This document shows, in pieces, positions 28,119 to 40,944 of a stretch of 64,000 bases of DNA; the first letter of the stretch is position 1, and the number at the start of each line of letters is the position of its first letter. A program made the position numbers and the translations under genes. The DNA lies in the NCBI GenBank assembly GCA_951406725.2, contig OX597833.1, positions 66,898,001-66,962,000 of the forward strand, read 5' to 3'. This stretch comes from Octopus vulgaris (taxonomy: Eukaryota). Under the pieces are notes generated by a model that saw only the letters and a program-made list of their open reading frames with translations, made no database searches and was not told where the DNA came from.

Positions 28119-29179
28119 TTATAATTATGCACACTTGCACATACAGAAAGGCGTATATTCATATACACATACGCACAAATGTATATTTATGCATAACCCC
28201 ATGTGTATACATTTCCTTGATAAGAGATACAAACAGATAAAGAAAAGGAGAGAAAGAGAGATCGATTAAGAAAGAGAGAGAGATCGATTGAGAGTGAAAA
28301 CGAAGATGAACGTATAGAGCATGTCTATTAATTGACTAATCGTCTTATCTCCAATTGGCTTATGACGTCAGTTTCTTTTACAAGTTCTTAAAACAAGTTC
28401 CGACACGTTTTACTAATTTTCAATAGATGCAAGCAATCAATTCGATTCAGGATAAAATGATAGATTAAACGCAAGCACTAATTCGTTTAAAACCTAAACA
28501 GACGACATTGAACTGATTATACGAATTTCATAGATTACATACATATATGTATAAATATACACCAAGTGACCACCGAAAGTATTATTTGGTCGTCTGCGAT
28601 CAATGAAAAAATATCTGCTGTCTCTTCTTTCACTTCTTCGTTTGCTTTCATAAACGACGTGTTTCCTTCAGCGCCATAAAAGACTGATATATGAATCCTA
28701 CAGTTCTTTGTACGTTTAATGATGTATCAATAACTCTGTATAAGAAATCTATTGATACTGTAGCGAGAATCAAACGAGGACTTTCTGGTTTCTTTTGTTT
28801 CGTGTTTTTTTTTTCTTTTTACTGCAATCGATATATTAATGTAACTAAAGTACTTTTGTTTATTTGTTTGACAACTTTAGCCACGTGTATATATGAGACG
28901 AAACCATAAAGCTTAACTTGCATCAAGGACCTACTTTATAACATTATAACAAATGTGTGTGTGTGTGTATTTATATATGCACTATATGTGTATATATATA
29001 TTTACACATAAACATATACATACACACGAGAAAATGTCCTCAATAAGACAAAAAAACTGACATGTGATGTAGCTTCAAAACCCATATACTCTTTCCTTTA
29101 ACGCGTTTGCCTGTGTATATATATGTATGTGCACGTGGGTATCTGCGCATATATATATATACATGTATGTATGTATATA

Positions 29180-29851
29180 TTCTTTTATTCGTTTCAGGCA
29201 TTTGACTGCGGCCATGCTGGAGCACCGCCTTAAGTCGAGCGAATCGACCCCTGGATTTATTCTTTGTAAGCCTAGTACCTATTCTATTGGTCCTTTCTTG
29301 CCGAACCGCTAGGTTACGGGGACGAAAACACTCCAGCATCGGTTGTCAAGCGATGGAGGAGGCGGGGGATAAGCACACACAAATACATACATATGTGCGT
29401 GTATATATATACATATGCACACAACATACACACACGGCGATTTTTTTCCTCTGTCTTCCTTTCTCTGGATCTTTCCTTTTCCTATGTTTCCGACGAAGAG
29501 CTCCGCTCGAAACGTTAAACCCTCATTCTTCCCTTCTTTCCTGAGCGTCCAGTAATACTATATTTGTTCCACGTCCTCGCGTTGTTGTGTTTTCTTGTTT
29601 TTTTGTTTTTTTTGTGTTTTCTTGTTTGGATTAAATTTATATATATATATATATATACACATATATACCTATATATACATATATATATATACAGGACAAA
29701 CTTCTTTCAGTTTACGTCTCTCAAATCCACTCACAAGGCTTTAGTCGGTCCAAGGCTATAGACATTTATCTAAGGTGCCACACAATGGGACTGAACCCGG
29801 AACCATGTGGTTGGTAAGCAAGCTACTTACCACACAGCCTCTCCTTCGCCT
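29180..29851 (-). mobile_element. SINE family A interrupted in its internal microsatellite by an H3 element (29436-29635)
   Basis: 3' half at 29180-29380, head at 29695-29851, H3 copy in between. Confidence 0.75.
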
Positions 29852-30223
29852 ATATATATACACATTATTCACATATGTGTATATTTCGCAAATGTATGCA
29901 TATTTATTTATATATAAATAGATGTATTTAGATTAGGATACACATGTATATATATGTATATATATATATATCACTGAAGACCTGCTTTAGACTTTGGTGA
30001 AATTAAATCTTTAACTCCAAGTAATAGCATCGTAAAGACTGATCTTGGGCTTTGCATCTCAAATACACTTCAACTCAAAGAGAAATACTGAGCGGGATAT
30101 TGTTCGCAGATGTGAAAGAGTGCAGGAACAACATACAAAGATGTTCTTGACCGCATCTGTAGACAGGTTACTCGATTGTTTGACATAAAATGCAACAGAT
30201 ATAGGCTTCCGATTTTAGCCATT

Positions 30224-30264
<41 letters not shown>

Positions 30265-30395
30265 ATATAAATATACTAAGCAATTACATATATATATACA
30301 TATATATATTATATATATGTATATGTATGTATATCTGTGTGTATGTATGCATAACTGTGTATACTCAGACAAACGTACACATATCTATCTATCTT

Positions 30396-30462
<67 letters not shown>

Positions 30463-31107
30463 CGTCACGCCTCCTTTCTTCAAACGGGAAGGAAGAGCTA
30501 TTTTTATCATACTTGTGGCTATGGCGAAAGAATGTATCTGGTGGACGCGCCTGAAAGGATTAGAGACAAACACTTTCTTCTCTGGTCAATCTCTCATCAA
30601 CTTCTTCAAGTATCACTTGAAGAGGAAAGTGAGAGTAGAGAGGCAAGTTTTGTCTAGTGAATGTTTAAAAAAAGATGGGTGAATTTAGCAAGGATGGCAC
30701 GTATGAATGACGAAGCCACCTTGACTATGATTCTATGAACCGTAAAAATTAATACAGAGAGTTGCTTATTTGCAAAAAAAAGAAAGAAATATAACATGTG
30801 ACTTCATTGACCGAGGTTACCGTGATCTTTTCCGTAGGCTTTTCTTTCCACGGGTAAACCTCACCTGTCCTCCCCTTTACACTTCATATTGACATTTCTG
30901 TGATAACGATCCCTATTGATCTATTTTTTCCTTTCCCTTTTTTTTTCTCACCTCCCCCTTTTTAACCCCCCCTTTTTTGTCCTCTTTCTTTCCATTTACG
31001 ATTCCTTTTGATCGAAAACCAAACCCCATTCTTTTACCCCCAAACGAAAAGCTCTACCTTGTAATTTTGTCCTGTCTGTGTGCAGCCCTGTGTGGCTATA
31101 AAAAAAA
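30463..31107 (+). mobile_element. 5'-truncated Tx1/L1-clade LINE inserted within a (CTAT)n tract
   Basis: ORF end AIFIILVAMAKECIWWTRLKGLE..FFKYHLKRKVRVERQ (AK..IW..R motif of the Tx1/L1 ORF2 C-terminus); 3' UTR with stem-loop and A-run; (CTAT)n on both sides. Confidence 0.8.
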
Positions 31108-31110
31108 TGT

Positions 31111-31181
<71 letters not shown>

Positions 31182-32059
31182 ACTACCTGTCTGTCTATCT
31201 ATGTGTCTGACTGTCTGTCTCAATCAATCAATCTAATTATCTATCCGTCCCCCCTCTCTCTCTCTTTGTATATATATATATATATATATATATGCATGTG
31301 TGTTTGTGTGTATGTGTGTGTGTGTGTGCGTGCGATCGAGCGCAGACTGACATATTCGTATGCATAACACCCAGTATCATTTCCTTATCTTTACAATATT
31401 CCAGAGAACATTAAACAAGATTTACTCTCGACCATGCACTATATAAAATACCCACATAAATCATGTTTACACTTAATAACTTTTTCTTCCAGTTCGAAGT
31501 CGATATTTAATTTACCCAACTCAAATATCTTAAATTTATGTTCAAAATTCGGAACCCATTCATCATTTCCGCCGATCATTTTTCTCCATTCGCACAGCGC
31601 TTGCGCATGCTACTGTTGTAACGTAACGTTTTAATGATTACGTATAATGTCGGAGATAATTTATATTGCTGCGAAAAGTCTTGTCTATGTATTTACATTA
31701 CAAATTACTAGAGATAAACTTCACTACAACACAGATATTCATAACCCTACATTCTGAACAATATAATGTATGTTGCCTGAAAATGCAAGCGAATTTCCTT
31801 CAAGCTGTTGACGAAGAATTTGGATTGGTACTACAAATAGATACAACATACAGACCTCCAGTGTTAGTAGTTAACCTTACATATTTATTAGGCTTGACTT
31901 TGCTAGAGCAGATAAGAATTATAGATTTTCGTAGCTCTTGCAGTTGGCAACGGAATTTAACTTTCTACAATATACGCACAAAATTCTGTAGATGCCACAA
32001 CCGATAAATCTACAAAGAATTTACTGCGTGAAGAAGGAAAGAAAAGGAGCCTAAAAAAA

Positions 32060-32470
32060 AAGCTGCTGAAAGCACAATGGCCGAAAGACAGTTTTGTCGA
32101 AAGGCAAATTGGTAGCGATATAAATTCATCGAAAAGATATAAGTCGGCATCAAACTGATGCTGTCACCAAGAATCTGAAAAGCATTTAGTGGGAGAAGTA
32201 AGGCGAAAAGAAGCCCATAAAATCTCTCCAAAGCGGAATGGCTGCCAGACAATTTTATCGAAAGACAAATTCTTCGATGGTCAAATTCATCGAAAAGATA
32301 TGTCGATATAGCATAGATGCTGTTACCGGTAGGTATGTAAAGAACCTTTATGCGAGAAGAAAAACAGATAATAGTCCAGAAAAACTGCAGAATCTTTAAC
32401 GGCCGAAAGACACATTGATCGAAAGACATTTCGTAGAGAGAGGCTGTTTGATCGAATCGTATTTATCGAT
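32060..32470. repeat. Dispersed array of short (T/C)CGAAAG(A) motifs, DNA-transposon subterminal-like
   Basis: gccgaaagaca, gtcgaaaggca, atcgaaaagata, atcgaaagaca recur; two ~60-bp blocks (32070-32150, 32250-32310) are related. Confidence 0.5.
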
Positions 32471-33035
32471 ATCAAATATATCAAATATATGATGCCAAAT
32501 AGATGGTAAGACATCAATCGGTAAATGTATTCATTAATTAATTATATACACATTTCATTAATTTGAATTAATAATACATTAAGTAAAATTAGATTTTGAA
32601 ATTTAAACGGTTATTACAAGAGATTCGAATACCAAAGATAAGAACTAAAAGAAAACATTGTAAAATATTGATTTACTTATTCATAGAAAATACTTGGTAA
32701 GCTATGGAACCGTAAATAATCTATAGCAGGTTACCAAGCAACGGACGGGACAAACACAAACTACACAACATATACAGACATGTACACACACATACACACA
32801 CACATATCTGTGTGTGTGTCTTTGTGTCTATGCTTGTCCCTCCACTACTGATTGACAACTGGTGTTGGTGTGCTTACGTCCTTGTAACATAGCGGTTCAG
32901 CAAAAGATAACTGACAGCATGAGTACAGGATTTTTTAAAAAAATAAGATTCGTTGGATAAAGTATTTCAGGAGGGTGCTGCAGTATGGCCGCGGTCTGAT
33001 GACTGGCACAGGTAAAAGATAACAGATCATAAGTA

Positions 33036-33074
33036 TGACAACGACGACGACTACGACGATAATGATGATGATGT

Positions 33075-33105
<31 letters not shown>

Positions 33106-33326
33106 AAGGTGGAAGAGGATGATGATGATGATGATGGTGATGTTGATGATGTTGATGTTGATGACGATGACGATGATGATGATGAGGGTGACGATGATGA
33201 TGATGATGATGATGATGACGATGATGATGATGATGATGTTGATGATGATGATGACGACGATGATGCTGACGATGATGATGATGATGACGATGACGATGAT
33301 GATGATGATGATGACGATGATGATGG

Positions 33327-33357
<31 letters not shown>

Positions 33358-33370
33358 GGTGATGATGATA

Positions 33371-33425
<55 letters not shown>

Positions 33426-33436
33426 CGATGATGATT

Positions 33437-33470
<34 letters not shown>

Positions 33471-33482
33471 CGATGATGATGG

Positions 33483-33513
<31 letters not shown>

Positions 33514-33553
33514 GGTGATGATGACGATGATGACGATGATGATGATGATGATA

Positions 33554-33602
<49 letters not shown>

Positions 33603-33890
33603 CGATGATGATTATGATGATGATGATGATGATGATAATGATGACGACGATGATGCTGACGATGATGATGATGATGACGATGATGATGATGATTCGGAGG
33701 AGGAGGATGCGGAACATGATGACGAAGGGCAAGAATGAGGTGAACATGAAGAAGAGAAGTAGAGAAGGAAGAAGAAGAAGAGAAAAGGGAAAAGAAGGAG
33801 ATGAGGAAGAAGAGAAAAAGAAATGAAAATGAAGGAGAAGAAGAAGAAGAAGGGCAACAACAACAACGACAAGAAGAAGAAGAAGAAGAA
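33036..33890. repeat. ~700-bp (GAT)n tract grading into GAA/CAA repeats
   Basis: Direct inspection; source of the poly-M/D/I ORFs. Confidence 0.95.
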
Positions 33891-34243
33891 GCAACGAACA
33901 GAAGTTAATAAGTAAGTCGAAGACAAACTTACATTTAAGCATAATTTTACGCCAAACGAATAACTTGGAAAATAACCGCAAGGTATTATGGGAAACGATG
34001 ATTGAACGTTTGGTTAAAGAAAGATAAATAAAGATAAATTATTGGTTATTGTTGATTCTACTTACGTTTTGGTTATTCTTCAAAGTTTGTTTCGCCATGC
34101 TTTGTGTTGCAACATTTCAATTTCATAAATGTTTTGTCAAAACTTGCTAGACATAATGTAAATTAGCAATTTATAGATGTTATGTGGCTATGAGTGTGTC
34201 TACGTGTGTGTGTGTGTATGTGTGTGTGTATGTACAATGTATC

Positions 34244-34295
<52 letters not shown>

Positions 34296-34385
34296 GCACA
34301 CATAGAAGTATATATATATATATAAGTGTAAATACCTATGTAGATATATGCAGTATATTGCAACTATATACAGTTCATTTTTGTA

Positions 34386-34441
<56 letters not shown>

Positions 34442-34505
34442 AGTATACATATATATGCAGTATATACATAATATATTGTTAATATATACATCATATACAT
34501 ATATT

Positions 34506-34539
<34 letters not shown>

Positions 34540-34614
34540 GTATATATGCACATATATATAATATATATATATTTATACATTAATGTAAATACATAAATTT
34601 TATATCCATATATA

Positions 34615-34658
<44 letters not shown>

Positions 34659-34709
34659 CGTACATGCATATATCTATCTATCTATATACATACGTAATAC
34701 ATACATACT

Positions 34710-34766
<57 letters not shown>

Positions 34767-35519
34767 CATGCAGGCATACATATATAAATAACTGTTGTGT
34801 TAATGCAAAACAGTTTGAAAATAATTATTTGTACTAATAAATAGCTGGAAGCCCCAACAACAAGCAACACAAAACCCACACAAACAGAAATATCAAATAA
34901 ACAAATATCCATAATGTAACATTTTAGAGTAAATAATTTCGGTATTCGGTTTTTTAAATTTTTTTTATCACTTTCTCGATTTGCCATTCTCGAGAATCTT
35001 TAATTTCGGAATTTGAAATGGTTTCAGATAAGACTCTATCCGTCTTAAATTTTAAGGAGATGTTAGCGAGGAAAAAAAAATGTAAAATGATCGAAAGGGA
35101 AGAGGCAAATGGGAAGTGTCAGAAAGGGAGGGAGATATATTAGGGGTTATGAAGGAGGGAGAGGCTTTGTGTATGGAAAGCGAAAGTGAAAGGGGACGAG
35201 GTGTGAGAGCGTGCCAAGATAACCCTTGAATGCCTTTTTCGGTGGAACTATTCTTGTAAATGCTGATTTTAATTTGTTCGAGAGATACGATGCCAGAGCA
35301 GAGGTAAAAATGTAAAACGGAGAACAGATAGACAGATACGTGTGTATAAAGTGCGTCACACAAACATACGAACACTTGTATGTATATATATATATATATG
35401 CGCACTAACACACAGACACACACATATACGTGAGTATGTAAATATATATATATATATATATATACGCATATATATGTATATATATATATGTGTATGTATA
35501 TATCTCTATATATATGTAT

Positions 35520-35568
<49 letters not shown>

Positions 35569-35942
35569 GCATAATATTTGCTTTAGATAGATATGTGTGT
35601 GCCAATTTGTGATTTAAAATCGTAGGTTCTCGTATAAGATAATTTAGGAATTGACTGACATAGGGTGAACACAAATTCTTGTAAAATCGAGGTCTAATGC
35701 AAGGGAAATGAAAATTAGGATATTCTTATAATTTACCTCCTGTGATCTGTATAGTTATTTTGAAATCCCATTCAGTCTAGTGTATACTCCTGTATTCCCA
35801 TCCAAAACGGAGACGAGTAACAATACTTCTATGTAGCATGCTTGGACAATTGTGGATATCTCTCATATGAAACAATTGGTTGCTTTTTTACCCCACAATA
35901 TTTATCCAGTAATGCCGTGTTGAGCACTCATTCGCACTATTC

Positions 35943-35973
<31 letters not shown>

Positions 35974-36454
35974 TATATAAGTATATATGTATATATGTGT
36001 ATATATATAATAGTCATGTATGTATCGAGGTATCACTCATTGCAGTTAAAAACAATATAACATTTATGGTAGTGTAACAACGTAATGGGTTACAGTACCC
36101 CGAAGTTGGGGCTTTGTGGCCATTGTCACACAGTCTGAGGAGGGGATGTGAACCGAAACTTTGCAGTCATAGAACGTGTCGGAACGTGTGTAATTCGTTC
36201 TAGATCTTCATTCGTTTTCACGCTGCATTTAAAAAGTATGTATTTTGGGACCGTTCGTTTCATATCCTCAAAAGATTCAGGAAGACTACACTCCCATTTG
36301 AAAATAATACGGTATGAATCATATGACTAAATAATGAGGCGTAGTGTTAGGTAGCTTGCTCTGTAACCACAGAGTTGCGGATGTAGTTCCATCGTGCTGT
36401 AACCTGGGCAAGGATCTTGTATTATAGCCTATGGTCGCGTAAAAAGCACATACC

Positions 36455-36683
36455 CATTTCTTTACTACCCACAAGGGGCTAAACACAGAGGGGACAAACA
36501 AGGACAGACAAACGGATTAAGTCGATTACATCGACCCCAGTGCGTAACTGGTACTTAATTTATCGACCCCGAAATGATGAATGGCAAAGTGGACCTCGGC
36601 GGAATTTGATCTCAGGATGTAACGGCAGACGGAATACGGCTACGCATTTCGCCCGGCGTGCTAACGTTTCTGCTAGCTCGCCG
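36455..36683 (-). mobile_element. SINE family M, full length
   Basis: Reverse complement of the 4713-4939 body. Confidence 0.8.
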
Positions 36684-37602
36684 CGTAATAAGCACACACA
36701 TGTTTGTGTGTGTGTGTGTGTGTGTGTTTGTGTGTGTGAGTGTGTATGTGTGTGTGTTTGTGTTTGTATGTGGGTGTATACACATATATATGTGTGTGTA
36801 TATATTCCTCTGTGTATATGTGTGGTTATGCATGTGTTTGTTTGTCTATCGTTGTTTGTCTCACATGTCATCACAACCGGTGTTGGTGTGTTTACCTTAG
36901 CGCAAGATAATGGGTTTGCAAAAGGCACTGATGGAATAAGTATCAGACTTGAGATATAAGAACTTGGATGACCGTACTCTAATGACTGAAACAAGTAAAC
37001 GATAAAAGATAGGTTTATTTTATATAAACGCCTGTGACGGTCTCCGGCTGAGGCATAAGGCCACATAATAGATTAAAACGAAACGATAGATAACAAGAGT
37101 AAACATTGATAAAATTATTAAACAAAGACATCGTTTGAAAGATATCTCTCAGGACGTAATAAACAAAACTCAAACTGAAACAGCTGTTATTAGATAATAA
37201 ATAACACGAATAGGAAAATTGAGCTAAATTGTAATTAATTAAATTAGAAAAATATATTTGATAATTTAATTAATCTCATTCTTAGTTTCGACAGTTCTTG
37301 TAATGTTTGTTTATCTGTGTTTTTTTAAGTGCATTTCATGGGAAGAAGGGCGGTGGTAGTAAGCGGCTTCCAAGTAGGGGTTAGCAGTGTGGTGTTCTGG
37401 CGTATGACAGCAGTTCGTTGGCACAGCGTATGCGAAGACAATAAAGAGACAATCGACCACGTAATCTCTGTATGCAGTCGATTTAGCCTCAACAGATTTC
37501 TTGTAACAACATAACTCAGTGGCTCTCAGCCATTTGTTGCCACTGGACCTGTTTGATTTCTATTCTACCCTACTTGACCTCCATTGCCATTCCATGTGTA
37601 TG

Positions 37603-37679
<77 letters not shown>

Positions 37680-38089
37680 ATATATATATATATGTGTGTG
37701 TATATATATATTGTAAATTAAAGAAAAAGACCTTTTATCAATTCAAAACGAACAATTAAATCACACCATCTAGAAAATGACATATAATAGAAATATTAAA
37801 ATTAAAATAAAAATAATAATAGGTATATTATTATTATTAATATTATTATTATTATTCATATTATTGTTATTTTAATTTTTTCTAATTTATATATGTATAT
37901 ATTATATTTTGTGAAATTTGATTGGGTATTTCGAAATTGAATTTTTCCCTGTAAGTTAGGAATATATTCCAAGGTTTTTGCCGAACGTAAGTAGGAGTAA
38001 ACACAACATCGGTTGTCATGCAAGACAACGCAACATATACATAATATATATATATATATATATATATAGACAGGATTGTCTTCATCAAA

Positions 38090-38135
<46 letters not shown>

Positions 38136-38599
38136 ATCCTACTGTAGTTTCATAATTAAATATTATTAGGAATTAGTGTTACCAATTAAAAATATTTTGT
38201 GTATTGTAGACGCATAAGAAATCTATTGCACATGCATGTCAGCAAAAAATCTTATATTGACCCCCTAATGACCATATAGACTGATGATGTCTTGAGCTAA
38301 CAGGATCCTATAAAGGAGCTGTTGTGGTAGCAGACCACGAAACACGGTTGTAATTCCTCATGCCCTGGTCAATATATCGTGCATATATTAGAAAGAGAAT
38401 TGGTAGGAACATAAAACACCAGGGGTTGTCCGGAATGTTGAAGATACAATCCTTTAGAATATTATTGTTAAGACAAATCAAGAAATTCAGGATAACCAAG
38501 CAGATGCCATAATGGAAAATCACCTCATTCGGCCATAAGCTATTTTCTGACTGCTAAAATTAGGTGTGAATGTTTAATTAGCACTACTAATTTCAGCTT

Positions 38600-38820
38600 A
38601 GTCATTTGCGATTTCCTATAATCGTGTTTCTCGATAACCGCGCTTTATATTGTGGTGCACAAAAGTATTTGCATGCTTCCAATAATTTCCAGTGTCTGTG
38701 AAAAAAAGTCTAATCCTTCAAACTTCGGATTTGATCTGATTATGTGATGTGGATGATCAGAGCGGCGATAAATATGGGATGACGTTCGGCCTTCCGAAAA
38801 CTTGACTTTTTGTTCAAAAA
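38600..38820 (-). pseudogene. Penelope-like RT thumb-region relic
   Basis: Frameshifted FRK(P)N..P.(I)YRRSDHPHHIIRS.P resembles the PLE 'YRKPN.P.YI...SNHP..II..IP' motif. Confidence 0.5.
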
Positions 38821-38830
38821 TTCGACGCAT

Positions 38831-38870
38831 AGGCGCAGGAGTGGCTGTGTGGTAAGTAGCTTGCTAACCA
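38831..38870 (+). mobile_element. 5' piece (A box) of a SINE A copy split by an insertion
   Basis: aggcgcaggagtggctgtgtggtaagtagcttgctaacca; the SINE resumes at 41115. Confidence 0.9.
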
Positions 38871-38879
38871 GACATGCGC

Positions 38880-38918
38880 AGTTAGTCGGTTGCTTCTTGT
38901 TGAGCTAGAGCGGACGTG
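38880..38918 (+). promoter_or_regulatory. Candidate internal Pol II promoter (Inr + MTE/DPE-like)
   Basis: TTAGTC initiator-like motif (A at 38884), TGAGCTAGAGC and GGACGTG at about +29; one nt off canonical DPE spacing. Confidence 0.4.
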
Positions 38919-39573
38919 AGTAACAAGCTCTGTCCAACTAAAGAAAAAAGACCAAAAACGGAAAGTTGTCGAGGTAAGTGATTTTGTTTATTGTGAGTTG
39001 GGCATAATTTATTGCGTGCCAATTATTATTTCAGTAGGTTGTGTCCAACTCTGAGACAATTTCGCCTGCGCTAGGCGGCTGCCGTTTTTGTGTTCATTGA
39101 AAAAAAAAAAAAAAAAGAAAAACAGTGGAGGGGCGTATACTCAGGATTCAATACAGTTACTGTTAAAATTACCGTTGGCAGTAACCAGTGCTGTGTTTGA
39201 GTTTGCTGAATTTATTCCCTTGTCAGAGTACTTCGCAAGAAAAGTATAAAAATAAGCCACTATTGGATTACCTTTCGGACCCATTTTTGTGGAGGTTGTG
39301 TTGCAGTTGCGGCGTTCCAGGTTCAACCCAGGCCGGGAGTACCGCAGAATATTTTTGCTGTGTTTTTTCTGTTTATTAACTTTCTTTTGAACTTCATTTA
39401 CCCCCCCCCCCCCCTTTTTTGTTTTTTTCTTTATTGCGACTTTCCGTTAATTTCTTCCCTTCTGTTGTGCTTTCTCCTTTTTGTTTTTTCAAAAATCTAT
39501 CAAATTTATTTAGACTTTTGAACTTTTTTTCTTCCTGCTTTTGAGTCTAATTTGAATATATTTTTTAAAAAAC

Positions 39574-40817
39574 ATGGCAATGAAAAATAACAAAGTTTTG
39601 GAGTGGGAAATCATACCACCCAAAAAGTGGTTGAAGGACCGTGAAGATAGGACGGTGGTGTTGAGAACCTACTCCAAGGCACTTGACACCATCGCCCTAT
39701 TCGAAAAGACGGCAATTGAGGAGGAGTTGGAGGAGTATTTGCCAACAATTAAATTCATTTCCAGGGGTGTCAAATATGGAACGGTGTGGTTGCTGTTTGA
39801 CACCCCTGAAGAGGCTTGCAAATTTGCTAGCGAACCCTTGGAGGGTAAGGAAATCTTATTCCTGCCCACTTACAAAAAAAAGAAATTAATGAAAGCTTGG
39901 ATCTGCGGACTGCCACCCGACATAGAACCCGAGTGGATAGAGGAGACTATCCGCCGGGGTCTGGGTGACAGCGAAACTAAGCTCCTCAATGTAAAAGTTC
40001 TTCCTGCGGCTGCTTGGGTTGGCTCGAAAGCAGTTTTGACCCTGTGGACCCAATCAGCCAATCTGGTTTTTCCAGATTTTTTGAAAATGGCCGGGTGCAG
40101 GTACCCGGTGATGCTTGAGGGTCGCCCCCCTAAGTGTCATCGGTGCTTGGAGTCCGGCCACATAAAGAAGAACTGTCCTCGGGAACAAAATAGGATCCCG
40201 GAACAGTTAAGTAAAACCCCTCTAGAAGAGGGAACGATAACGGCCGAGAAAGCAGAGGACTCCTCAAGCAGAGGCCGAAAGAGGAAGGTGAGCAACAATG
40301 GGTGCTCACCAAAGGATAATAGGGATGAGGAGAGGAGGGCGAATCTTCCAGCCACGGAGGAGACGCACCCTCCCTCAGTTGAAAAGGGAAAAAAAAGAAA
40401 AAGAGGAAGAAAAACGGGACGTTGCCGGCTGTCAGTGTGGCACCGGAATGTCGCGGAACTACGTCGGTTGGGGTTGTGCCACCGACAAGAGAAGGAATAC
40501 CGTTGGCGGAAACTGTGCCGCCAACGAAAGAACTGAATGTATTGGTCCTCTTCTATAGAGGAGGAGAAATTGAAAAAGTGATGGAAGAGCACTACAAGGG
40601 AGCACCTTTAGCCTTCACACAGGACCCCGAATGGCCTCCGCAGGTAGCTGTGGAGGCCGTGGCGTTCGACGTGACGCTAGGGCTAAAGGAGCTCAATGAA
40701 GACTATAACTTGGTCCCGGGCGACGCGAACTCGGAACTTGACTACGTTCTGAGGGAGGCGTGGTTGATGGTGGAGGGCGCGGGCACAAGCTATTTCGAGG
40801 ACGATATGTATTATTAG
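39574..40817 (+). CDS. Gag-like ORF1 protein (two RRM-like segments + CX2CX4HX4C knuckle + basic linker + acidic C-terminal domain), split by a -1 frameshift near 40389-40396
   Basis: ORF 39574-40536 with KAWICGLPPDIEPEWI and CHRCLESGHIKKNCP; adding one A in the A-run joins ORF 40422-40817 into ~414 aa. Confidence 0.8.
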
Positions 40818-40944
40818 TAATGGACTTAAGTCCAAAAATTGAAAAATTGTAAGAGGATTAATACCTCGTTTTGTATTAATAATGGACTGCTAAGCCCAAA
40901 ATTGGAAAAATTGTAAGAGGTTTAATACCTCGTTTTGTGTTAAT
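40818..40944 (+). repeat. Two tandem ~62-bp repeats immediately after the ORF1 stop
   Basis: taatggact..aaaattgtaagagg.ttaatacctcgttttgt.ttaat starting at 40818 and 40880. Confidence 0.9.

Noticed and set aside
32935-33981. Long ORFs of 348, 263 and 209 aa (poly-I, poly-M, poly-D; superficially like acidic biomineral proteins)
   Set aside because: They are translations of a (GAT)n microsatellite; no signal peptide, splice structure or non-repetitive domain.
38281-38360. CTGATGA..CCACGAAAC..GTA hammerhead candidate beside the PLE relic
   Set aside because: I could not build a consistent stem I; possibly a decayed pLTR ribozyme but unsupported.
39574-40536. LTR-retrotransposon gag or host ZCCHC3-like gene
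   Set aside because: No LTRs, PBS or PPT, and a 17-bp TSD with an AATAAA end fits target-primed insertion; intronless and inside a SINE.
40818-40944. CRISPR-like repeat
   Set aside because: Only two adjacent units with no spacers, in eukaryotic DNA.
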